From positions 496,001-560,000 of the forward strand of contig NW_026936636.1 of the NCBI RefSeq assembly GCF_032062105.1: a stretch of 64,000 bases of DNA, given 5' to 3'. The notes beneath the pieces are model-generated. The model was not told the origin of the DNA. It was given only the letters and a program-made list of their open reading frames with translations, and made no database searches. Shown here piece by piece: positions 12,793-24,311 of this stretch. The position numbers and the translations under genes are program-made. Every line of letters starts with the position of its first letter. Position 1 is the first letter of the stretch. The DNA is from Saccostrea cucullata. Taxonomy: Eukaryota.

Positions 12793-13428
12793 TTGAAAGA
12801 AGATGGGCAAATAAAGCGAGCAAAAATGCCTATTTTGAGGAAAAAAATGAATCTGAAATATTTTTGATAGTTCGTTTACCATAAACATATAATTTATGTT
12901 CATTTAATGTTCCTACCTAGATATTTTTCCCAATATATCAAGGCGCTATACTTTTCATTAAAAAAATCACAAATTTCTGAAACGCTATACTAGTACTTTA
13001 AGTAAAATCTTGCCCATTTCCCGAAACGTTATATCGTATGTGAAATCGAAACATGTTACAGTGTATTCTGTATTTTTGTAAAATAGAGTACATACACCAA
13101 AGAGAGAAGATTGATCAATTCTTCAAACTGGAACACATTTTTCCTCAAATGAATAAAGTTTTGTTCCATGTTTTGAAAGACTGAATGAAAAATTGAAACC
13201 CAGGATTTATTGCTTGCACTAAAAAACTATAAATATCACATTTTAAAATCAAAATAAAGAATGTTTTTCTGCTGAGAGAATTTTTACAAAAAGCAGGTTT
13301 ATTTGTCTAAATTTTGAACCTTTTCAGTGATTTTATTTTTGTTTATTAAATTTATAAAATGAATATGATTTTCACATTTAAAGCTATGTATAGGCATTTT
13401 GTAAGCCTTGTTCGCCCATCTCCTTCGA
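12793..13428. mobile_element. Decayed TIR element (MITE-like)
   Basis: TTGAAAGAAGATGGGCAAATAAAGCGAGCAAAAATGCCTA is an imperfect inverted match to TAGGCATTTTGTAAGCCTTGTTCGCCCATCTCCTTCGAA. Confidence 0.5.
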
Positions 13429-15196
13429 AAAATATATATACTATGATTTATGACGTGTTATACACGTATGTTTTACGTGATATATAAATTTTATAAAAAA
13501 ATGTATTTTTTTTTAACTGATATGTATTTTCTCAATCTTAAATTATGTATATTATTGTTAGTAGATTCACGAATTTTGTTTCTCATGCAATGTTTACTCT
13601 CCATGACTGTTGACTGAACTTGGTAAAATCATCGAGTATTCTGGATTTTAAAACAAGTTAGAGTATATTTTTATTATATACTTTATTTTTTTTTTTAGAG
13701 AAATATAAACTTGGTAATCGTTAATCAAGATGGTTTGACAACGTTTACACAAATTTTATAAATGACAATCATTGGTATAATTTGTTATTAACACTTATAT
13801 ATAAATGTTGAAAACGTTCTTAATGAAATCAAATAAAAATGTTACACTTCTAATGTTTTATAGTCTCCTGCTTTAACTGAAAGGAATGATGTTAATGTTT
13901 GACTTTCAAATAAGACTCTCATTGATTGTAGCTCCAAAGGTCATGGTCAGATACTAGTATGTATTCATGAATTCCTGAAGTATATTTTCCTTTACTGTTT
14001 AAAACATACTTTTCTTTGATCTACAGAAGACCCCTTTTGATTGTGAGGTCAATAGGTCAAGGTCAGAAATTATATATCTGCATAATTTAAATGATTTCCA
14101 GATATAACTTTTATAAAAGTATTTACTCCCTTTGACACAAAGAAGACCCCCTATCATTTTGCAGGCATTCGTGTGTCAGGAATGCTTGATTTGATTACAA
14201 ATAAATTATAATTAATACCTTGTTGATTTCGATTTATTTTCTTTTTATTTAGTTTTGATTTGAGGTCGGATGAAGCTAACTGCATAAAAATGCCAACTGA
14301 CATTTTCACTAAGGCAATTTTATGAACATTGAGAAGAGATCTATTTTTTAAGCTCATTTCATTTTTTTTTTTCATTTTCAACATAGGGTAACTGTCATTT
14401 TCTTCCAGGAAAATGTTCGAAGACAACTTTAAGTACTGATGAACAGAAAATTATTTGGGGAAATGCATACTAGTATATTGTGGAAATCAATTAATTTTAT
14501 TCCTGATTTGATGTTAGATTGCTCTAACTGCATAAAAATGCCCAAGAATCAAAACTCTTCAGTATTTTGTATATAAAGCTAGGGGTTCTTAATAGCCATT
14601 GGCCGTATAACAGTACTTTCATAAATAGAGAATCCCGTGCACTTGCAAAAATCGGTAACCGATATTTTAGAACTATTGCATACAAATTTTTTAAATATAC
14701 ATTTACAGTACATATGTATATACAAATGCAAATATTTCTAAACAGAATTTTCCATTTTCTGGTGAATAAGATAGCCATCTGGCATATTTTATACCGTGCA
14801 GCTGGACAGGTGCTTTAGTAGGACGGAGTGGGGGATTTTATCGGATCGAAGAAAAGTAAAGTCAGTGGCCAGCTTAAGGCAATGTTGACAAATCGCTGAC
14901 AAAATTTATGTTCATGTCAGCTTAACAAAGACATGATGTCCGAATAAACATAACCTTTTGTGATGCTTTAATGTATAGAGTTCAGATACCCGGTATTAAG
15001 ATTATTAGTGAAACTGCCAAGGCGTAACTAGAGAATTCCTTATGTGTTATCGCGCGTTACATCTACGAAATGTAAATCCGTTTTATATACATTTACAATT
15101 CATGGGTAACATTTTTTGATTGCTCTGTTTTACGTGCAGACGGGGTGAGGATGTATAGATATCTTTATTCTTGAATTTCAATAATAAAAAAAAAAC

Positions 15197-17327
15197 ATGG
15201 ATGCTGAAGAACAAAAATTTATTTGGCTGTTAGATGAAGACGAGATATCTACATCATCAGATGGTAGCTCGACACTTTGCACCATGTGTGTTGAAGAATC
15301 CGATTCAACGGCTGTTTTATATTGTGACGAATGTCAAGAAAACTTGTGTGAAATGTGTGTATTTTTTCATGGGAGGCAAAAAACAACTCAAAATCATGAG
15401 CTAACACACATTGAAAATTCAGGAACATCGGAAATAAGATATCTTCTATCAGATCTAGAAGGTGAAAAAACGGCGAATAGTAAGATGGATGATTTATTTG
15501 TAAAACACATCTCCGAAGAAATGGATTCTAAATCACTTTTGTTTGATCGTCTGATAAAACGGTGTGACGATGTAAAAATGGAAACAAATCTTCATTCTCA
15601 GGACATTTCAACCGAAATTAATTCCCATTTTGACAAATACATCGAATCTTTGGAGAAACACAGAACTGAACTTCTGAAGCAGACGAGAGAAATGTCTACG
15701 AAGCACACAGAATTTATTGCAAACCAACAATCGGTTCTCTCGAGTTTACAAGAAAATGTTGATGAAGTTAAGAAAATACTGAAGACAATGACCTCGGGGT
15801 TAGGTGGAAGCAGCGGGGATTGGAGTAGATTGTCCAAACTTTTGATGACTATACGGCAAGCCAAAGTTCACGTGACCTCTCCGGAAACAACATTTTGTCC
15901 AGATGCTGATGGTCCCATTATTGACCAATACCAGTTCTACGGACAAATATTCAGCGGACATTTGTGTCCAGCGAAATGCTATATAGATTGTTCTGGTAAG
16001 TTCCTTGTTTAAATTTGAATATGGTAAGAGTACATTCAGATATAGACACGGTGACATGTTTTGCCGGTGCATATATTAGAATACATGCATTCGTAGTTAT
16101 ATCAAAGCTCGAATGGGACGTAAAACAACATACAATCAATCAATTAATTAAAACTACACTCTTACAAAAGAAATTCAATGAAAATCTCATTTTATGTAGT
16201 GAAGAATCTGTAATATTGTTTGAGTGTGCATCAGTTTGCATACTGACAAAACTCGATTTACTTAGTTAATATATATTTAATCAATGTTAAGTTTATATTC
16301 ATTTAAGTGTAAATGTGCATTTGATTTTTTTTAAGGGCTAGAGACAGCAAGGGTAAGACAGAAGGCATTAGTCATACTACATACTTTACAGCAGGAAGGA
16401 AAATCGTTTCCCTGCGAGGCAAAAGTCCGGGTAAAAATTCTAGAGCCATCAGGATCTCTTTGGTAAGTATACTATACATGGATTCTTTGTATGTGGAGTT
16501 TCAGTGCTCTTTCTACATTTTTTATTGAGAAAAGTTCTTAATTTTGGCAAGGAAAAGGGTTCAATATTCGTTGCTATTTGTTTAAAATTTTAATATTTTT
16601 TCCGAATTCAAAAGCACTAATATCGTTTTAAATTTAAAAAAAAAATCACTGAGTATCTTAACCTGTTTGTGTAATTTTACAAAAGTAAACCAAAAGAAGT
16701 AAGAAATAACATGGACGGAACTTGGATGATAGAGTTTTTACCATACGAAACTGGAAAACATGTGCTTCATGTCACAGTTGATGGACAGCCCATTAAAGTA
16801 TGTTAATTTGACTTTTCTAAGGTCATTGGTTTATTCGACAAAAATGTGGTTTGTAATTGCAGTAAATGATCATTATCAGGAAAGTTGAATATTTTGTTTT
16901 CAGACGAAATCTGTGGTTTTCAATGTGAAACACGGTTGGCGAGAACACACTGGCAGATGGCACTGTTGTTCCGTTTGCTCCGAAAACAGGAGAAATGATG
17001 AACCGTGTACATACGGGTCTTCATTAGCAGGTTTATCATATGATTTATTTTTTAATATTCATGTATTAATTAATATGAATCATAAGTTTAAATTAAAAAT
17101 TCCAAAAATCTGCATTTTTAGGCGACTACTGTTGCAACCATGACTCTGTCGTCCACCCTGGGGGCCCACATTGGACATGCTGTGGTAAACTAACGAAACA
17201 CTCTGAATGTGATACATATACCTGGAGAAAAAGACGAAATCAGACTAGCCCATACAACAGACCACTGTCAAAATGCAGTTTTGATCTCAGTCTTATGAAC
17301 TCTGTTATAAAGGAAGTTACCCTGTAA
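15197..17327 (+). CDS. TRIM45-like protein lacking a RING (B-box, coiled coil, filamin-type Ig repeat, Cys/His-rich tail), ~456 aa
   Basis: Exons 15197-15995, 16336-16462, 16686-16797, 16904-17030 and 17122-17327 join in frame. B-box CTMC...YCDECQENLCEMCVFFH...H; filamin motif RNNMDGTWMIEFLPYETGKHVLHVTVDGQPI; tail WHCCSVCS...HPGGPHWTCCGK...SEC, as in TRIM45. Confidence 0.85.
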
Positions 17328-17425
17328 ATATTGTCAATATTGTGAAATGACCATGACCTCTACATAAGTCTTGAATAAAATAATTTCTACACAAAATTTG
17401 GTAAAAAACTGCATCACAAAAGTTA

Positions 17426-17464
<39 letters not shown>

Positions 17465-18154
17465 TTACATAAGCATAGCATTACATAAGCATAGCATAAT
17501 GATTATGGTGTTTTATTAACGAAAGATAAATATATAATGTTCAACATTAACAATAAAAAAATATTTTATACGATTATTGTCATTTGTTTCTTCATTGTTG
17601 TAATACAAATGACAGTTTTGCTGATGCACTTCCGGTTCGGCGGCTATGGATCTCTTAGAAATGCTCTTTCTATGGTGCTCACATAAATGGTTGACATCTG
17701 GAACAGGTGTTGTAAATATATCCATAAATGTATCCGTCGAATTCTCCTTTTTTCCCTGTAGAATTGGTATTTTGTTAAAAAAAATTATTGAAAAAGAGCG
17801 TACATGTACGTATATCGGTATATTAAAGCAAAAAAAGAGAATACCTTTTTGGGTATTCTGAGAAGTCGTTTCCTTCTAACGAACCTCACACCCACGATGC
17901 CTGTGATTATGATGAAGAGTATGGCCCCCATGATACCGAACAGTACCCCTGCGCTCCACTGGCACTCGTCAGAATAGTCGCCACAGTTGTTGATACCGTC
18001 ACACTGGAGGAGGGAGGAGATACACCGACTTACACTCCTGCTCTTCATCACAGGGCACTGTTAATCATTTAAAAGGCAATGGAGGTGGTTAGCAAAACAA
18101 CATTAAAGTTATATTCAGCGCAAGAAAGCATTACTACCAAAGGTTATATAATTT

Positions 18155-18741
18155 TCATGCCCCCGTAAACGAAGTTTCGGGAGTATACAGTTTTGTCCTG
18201 CCCGTCCGTCTGTCTGTGTGCCTAGCTGTCTGTCTGCCTGTCTGTTTGCCCATAACTTTTGAGTGGATGGGGCAATTGTTTTCATATTTCATAAGTGTAT
18301 TCTTTGTGACAAGACCTTTCTTTGGGTACCACCAAATTTGACCTCTTGACCTTGGAGTTTGACCTACTTTTACAAAGAAAATACCACACTTTAACATTTG
18401 CCAGAACTTTTGAACCCTTGGAGCTAGGGTTTTCATACTTCATATGTATATTCATTGTGACAAGACCTCTCAGTGGGTACATGTATAAATATTTTCGACC
18501 TTTTGACATTGACCTTAGAGTTTGACCCACTTTTTCAAAACTTTATCCATGGCCATTATTTTTGAACAGTTAGAACTAGGGCTTTCACAGTTCACAGGTG
18601 TAATCCTTGTAACAACGTCTTCCTTTGGGTACCAACACGTTTGACTTTTGACCTTGACCTTCGGAGTTTGACATGCATTTGAGAAGATAAGCTGCCATAC
18701 GGAGGGGTTGGGGCATCAGTGTTTCACAAACACATCTTGTT
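18155..18741 (+). mobile_element. HINE-like element (ATGCCCCC...GGGGCAT family) in an intron of the CUB-LDLa gene
   Basis: Starts TCATGCCCCCGTAAACGAAGTTTCGGG, followed by (GTCT)n and internal TGACCTTG repeats. Ends GGGGCATCAGTGTTTCACAAACACATCTTGTT. Confidence 0.7.
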
Positions 18742-19498
18742 TTTAATTTGATAAATTTCATCACTCTAAATACAAAAATGATTTTATACCTTTTCTGAAA
18801 GTTGTGAGAATAATTTCAAAACCATCTCTGACGTCGTAAAAATCGCTGCGAAACGTCATTAACACCTGTTGACCTTCTGAAACATAAGAACCTGGCGGTC
18901 TCTCCTTCCCACATATCCTGGAAGGCAACCCTGAAAAATATATTGTGAACTCAATGACCAAACGTTTTGCAAACAACGCGTGCATACTAGTATTTAAATT
19001 CGGTTGGCAGAAGTGTAAATTTGCAATTTCAATAATGTACATTTATACGGTGTTTTGTTTCTGACTACTATAGTATTTTCTCTAGAGAAGTAGAGAGGTG
19101 TTCGCCTACATCCAAAAGGTTGTCATCGTCACAGAGGGGTTCAAACTCAATATCCAACCTCTTAAACACGATGATGAAGCGATAGGGCTCCATTGTCTCG
19201 ATTATTAATTGACAGTTAGAGTTGAGTGCGTAATTATTCCGGAAAGTCTGTTGGATGTTTGCAATGTGAAAAATTCGTCCATCCAATTTTATGATTCTGC
19301 CACATTGTTCGTCCATTGCATCTGCAAAACAAAAGGTGCATGAAGCATTTAAAGAATCACGAATGCTTCCAGGGATTTACTAGTACGTGGAAATTGAAGG
19401 GGGTGGGGGTAATCAAACTATTCTCTTGATGAGGGTGAAAGGAAGGAGTGTTATAATCTATTTACATGTAATGCAATTTTTGCAGGGAAAACTTAATT

Positions 19499-20306
19499 TT
19501 TATGACCCCTTAATCGAAGATTCGGGGTATAGAGTTGTTCCCTGTCCGTCTGTCTGTGTGTCAGTAAAACCTCTAACCTTGTCGATAACTTTTGATTGAT
19601 TGGGGTTTTGGCTTTCATATTTCACAAGTACATTCCCTGTGACATGGTCTATCTTTGAATTCCAAAATATTTGACTTTGATCTGGGGTTTTACCCACTTT
19701 CGCCAAAAAATTACCAAACTTTAATCTTGGTCATAACTTTTGAACAATTGTTGACATGGCTTAATTGTATCAGTCCTTTTCCATGCCAGATGAAACATTT
19801 TTTTACCTTTTTACATTGATCTTTGTGTTTGGTACAATTAAAAAGATGAACTTAACTTTTGAATAGTTATTACTGGTGTCTTCATATTTCCTATGTACTA
19901 CCTTGTGACAAGACCTTCCTTTGGATACCAACAAATTGACCTTGAAGTTTGACCTACATTTAAAAAACTTTATCCTGGACCATAACTTTTGAACAGTTGA
20001 CCAGTGCAAGAACTAAGATATTTCAATGACATATTAGTATTTCTGATGACAAGGTATTTCCCTGGGAACTTTAATTTGACCCTTTGATCTTGACCTTGGA
20101 GTTTGACCTACTTTTGCAAAAGCTTGGCCATACTTTTGAACGGTTGGTTCTTAAATTTCATATTTCACATGTATATTCATTTAAGTCCTGTCTTTGGGTA
20201 ACAATATTTTTATCTCTTGACCTTGATCTTGACTTGCATTTATAAAACTTTAACCCTCGCTGAAATCTGTCATACGAGGGCATCAGTGTTTCACAAAAAC
20301 ATCTTT
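19499..20306 (+). mobile_element. HINE-like element related to 18155-18741
   Basis: Starts TTTATGACCCCTTAATCGAAGATTCGGGG with a GTCT microsatellite and repeated CATAACTTTTGAAC/GACCTTG units. Ends GGGCATCAGTGTTTCACAAAAACATCTT. Confidence 0.65.
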
Positions 20307-21334
20307 TTTTTTTAGAATCGAAAAAAGAAAACTGCACTTATCACACATTAAATCATACGTATGCTTGAAACATTAAAAAAAAAAACCCAGATGTTTAACT
20401 TACATTTCTTTCCGAAGAGAACTGTTGGTAAACCAAGAATGCAGACAATTGCAGCCATAAACGCTATTCCGTGATCAGCTAAATTCATATTCTGTAAAAA
20501 AAGTGAATTATACTTTATATAAACAAGAACATGTTAATTTCATCAGTCTATAAGTACATATCTACTGTATATTACAGACATACCTTGATAGTATAGGTAT
20601 TTCCGGAGACATGCAGTCAACCCTCACCGGCCTAATGGGTTTTGTTTCACAAACGGAGCGTAATGACAGGGTTATATTTATCTTTCTCCGACCCTCGGAA
20701 ACATGCCATACTATATACTGCTTTACGACATATGGACAATTATTCAATCGTCTTAGTTAAGTCGTAAACAATCTGGTGGTCAACAGAAAAACTTTCGATC
20801 GAAAATTATTGAAAAACAACTTAACAAAGTAACACGTGTTAGGATGTTAGGATTAAAATTCTTGGTAATGACAATGCGTCAACTTCATTGTCAAAACATG
20901 CCATTTGTGTAACTTTAACATGTTTAAAATATTTCTAATCAATTAAAGTCATTGTCATGTTCTTTATTAGAGCTAATGAGGACTTGACGTGCAAAAACTC
21001 CCATAAATGTTCAATACTTGGTAATTGCGAGGTTGTGTACGATATTTACAAGAAAAATTCAGATTAATTTATTTTATGAGCGAATGAATGGATAATAAAC
21101 AGTGGTGGATTTACGGACAGACGATACGTTCCTAAAAATATTTATAATTTTTTCTAAAATATTGCTACATGTACTTTTAATAACATGTTTAAAACACAAA
21201 TAATTGAGATACATGTACTTCGTCAAGTATATAAGCAGGAAACCATGTTGATGTTTAGAACTTTAGCTTTTTGATTTCTTTAGACAATTTAAGAATCCCG
21301 TTTAAAAATCATTAGGTAAAATTAATTCTACACT

Positions 21335-22097
21335 TTTTATATCCCCTGCAAACGAAGTTGGGGGAGGGGGGTATATAGGAATCAGCTTGTCCATTTGTCC
21401 ATCTGTCTGTGCAAACTTGTCCGGTACATTTCTTATGGCGGAACATAAGAATCTGTTACTTCACACAAAGATTGCTCATGACCTAAGGATGTGCCATGAC
21501 CTTGACCTAAGGTCATTTGGGCAAGTTAAAGGTCATTGAAAGAAAAATATTCCTAATTCATGTTTCGTCCATGCCTTTCTCTTGTAAAGAAAAACTTGAA
21601 TCTACGACTTCACATAAAGATTGCATACGACCTGAGGGTATGTCATGACCTTGACCCAAAGTCATTGTGAAAGTTCAAGGTCACTAAAAAAGTGCATAAT
21701 TTGTGTCTGGTCCACATCTTTCTTATGGATAAGCTTGGTGGGTTCCTCTTTTATACAAAGATTTCTTATGACCTGATGGTGTAAGCATGACTTTGACTCA
21801 AGGTCATTTCTGCAAATTCAAGGTCATGGAAAGAAAAATGCTCATTAACTCATGTCCAGTCCATATTTTTCTTATGGATAAATGTGGTGAGTTCCCATTT
21901 TACACTAAGATTGCTCATGACCTGAGGGTGTGTCATGAGCTTGACCCAAAATCATTTGTGCAAGTTCAAGGTCACTAAAGAAAAAAGTACATAATTAGTG
22001 TCTGGTCCATATCTTTCTAATGGATAAGATTGGTAGGTTCCTATTATACAAATATTGCTTATGACCTGAGGATGTGATATGACCTTGACTCAAGGTC
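21335..22097 (+). mobile_element. 3'-truncated HINE-like element with a ~146-bp internal repeat
   Basis: Starts TTTTATATCCCCTGCAAACGAAGTTGGGGG. The unit ATGACCTGAGGGT..CATGACCTTGACCCAA recurs about five times. Confidence 0.6.
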
Positions 22098-22788
22098 TGC
22101 TTTAAAAGGAATTTTCATAATTCATATACATGTGTATTGATAACTTTTAGTTCTCTTTGATAATTATGAAAGAAACAAATGATGTTGAATCCCTTTAACT
22201 AAAAATAGACCCGTACTGACTTTGAGGCCAAAGCTGAAACACAACATCACAAGTTCATTTATGAGATTTTTTAATTTTGGCTTTTGTAGAGGATATGCCT
22301 TTACAGTGAGTATAAAGTTCTTTTCTTTATGATAATGCAAATCTTGGCATAAAACGGTTGTCAAAATCGTCCAAAACCAATTACTTCTTTTTTCCTTTGA
22401 AAAATTATTGCAAAAAATACATTGATGCATATTTACCAGTACATGTGTATTGAGAAGTATCTTAATAACTGTATACATTGAAACAGTTTTCAATGACAAA
22501 AAACAAACAAACAAACAAAAAACATTTTCTGTAGTATCTAATATTTCATTGGATATATCTTCTTTATTTTTTTCTTTATCCATTAATTCTTTTGTCAGGC
22601 TGGAAACAATATAACCCAGATAATTAATACATCTTGAGCCCTCAGGCACACTTCCATTAAAAGAACAATTAAACAAAGCAGTCTCTTCTCCCATCATTTT
22701 CCATTTAGAGCTGTAGTAAAGTGGGTTCTTCATGAGTGCATAGGCAGTGCTATAATAAAATACATATATTCTATATGAGATCAACCAG

Positions 22789-23179
22789 CTAGGTCACTGA
22801 TGCATCCTCCCCAGTGTTCAGCCCCTCATCCTTCTCAGTGTTGGCCCCCTCACCCTCCTGTGGTGTACTGTCTTTTAGCTTTGCAGTTTTATATGACTGA
22901 ACTGCTCTTTGTGTGTTGAGCTGACGCTTTCTAATCATTTCAAATCTTTGGACCTTTTTCACCTCTGTGACCTCTGGGGGTTCAGGGGTCACTAACCCTT
23001 CTGTTATCTTGTAGTATACTGTGGTGGTGTCAGCATCACAGATAGCTAAGGTTATTCTGAAAAAAAACCCCAAAAAATTTAACAAATAAAATTATAACAT
23101 AAAAAAAAATGTATGATGAAAACTTTTAAAAGTCTATGAAGTAGAAAACATGTCAGTGTGTAAAAAAATTCTTCCAGCA

Positions 23180-23242
<63 letters not shown>

Positions 23243-24039
23243 AAATACCAGTAATTAATCTACTTTCCTGCATTTATTTTTGAAAAGAATAGCTTTATGT
23301 ATCTCCTCCTCTCTCTACTGTGAGCAAGTAGACCTAAGCTACAACATACCCATGAGTTTCATATCCATCAACTTTAATTTTCTTTAGATACTGTTGTAGG
23401 CAGTGTGTGCTGATACTGTCTGAACTCAAAAGTGGCAAAATAATTTCTCTGGCTTCCTCTCTTGTGGGATGACCTGAGATGAAGGCCAGGTCAAGGTCTT
23501 TACATCCATGCAGCTTTACATTCCACCATCCTCTCACTGAAAAAAAATATCAAATTATTATGGCAATATAACATTAAAATTAAATCTTTAATTATCTATC
23601 TTATTATAACACTAAAATTTAGTATATTATTTCCTTTTTTCAGCAAAAAGTTATTTCTCTCTCATTTACCATCCACAAAATGCAAGGGTTTCTGAGTTCA
23701 CTCATGGCTCATGGACATGAGGGGACTCATGATAATGCAGAACCCAAAGTTGTGAGGATGCTCGATGTACATGGGTAGTTTTCTCCGTAGTGTGTATGTT
23801 AATTACCTTCACATAAGTCTAGGTACACATTAAAAGTTGTTCTCATCTGCACTAAATTTTTCAAACCAAAGCTTTCCAATTCTTTGAACTAAAAAAGTGA
23901 AAAGAGAAAGTCTATATTTAGTCAAAAGATAAGCAGTTGGTAAGTAACTTTAAATAATTAAATAATATACAAATATATTCAAAGATTATTATCTTTTAAT
24001 CACCTTCACATGATCGTATGGTGTGAAACTCTCTTCCAT
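22789..24039 (-). CDS. TSEN15: tRNA-splicing endonuclease subunit Sen15, ~190 aa, 4 exons
   Basis: Exons 24039-24004, 23888-23807, 23536-23350 and 23056-22789 join in frame. Motifs FNVYLDLCEVRGWWNV and GITLAICDADTTTVYYKITEGLVTPEPP match the Sen15 family. Confidence 0.9.
23181..23237. repeat. (CT)n/(AG)n microsatellite in TSEN15 intron 3
   Basis: Directly visible dinucleotide run with one interruption. Confidence 0.95.
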
Positions 24040-24311
24040 GCCGTTTTCTACTTTCTTTTTATTCTAAAAATAGCAGAGGGTGTTTTCCACTTATTGTTTA
24101 TAAATTGTAAATCTCGCGAGAACATCGCCAACTTTGACCAATCAAGAGACGTCCAGCATACGTCACATGCTGTAGTTTTCTAAAATTAGCAGTGTTGTTT
24201 GTTGCCATTAGTGGTGCAATAGTCAGTCTGAAAACCAGTTATAAAAAATTAAAGCAATGTTGTCACACCGGCATTTTCCTGTAAAACATCGAACAAGTCA
24301 TCAGCTGTGAA
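24040..24311. promoter_or_regulatory. Bidirectional promoter shared by TSEN15 and the RING gene
   Basis: Only 272 bp separate the divergent ATGs. The interval contains the palindrome TCTCGCGAGA (24112-24121), CCAAT (~24138) and a CRE-like TACGTCA (~24159). Confidence 0.7.

Larger units (their letters stand above)
17516..20488 (-). pseudogene. Signal peptide-CUB-LDLa-transmembrane gene, apparently disrupted (pseudogene or null allele)
   Basis: Exons: 20488-20404 (signal peptide), 19321-~19110 (CUB N-half, MDEQCG...YALNSNCQL...DIEFEPLCDDD), 18930-18790 (CUB C-half, ICG...MTFRSD...GFEI), 18057-17845 (LDLa RCISSLLQCDGINNCGDYSDE plus TM helix) and 17755-17516. Exon 2 has no phase-1 GT donor before its stop, and exon 4 has a frameshift near 18030. 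Confidence 0.65.
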
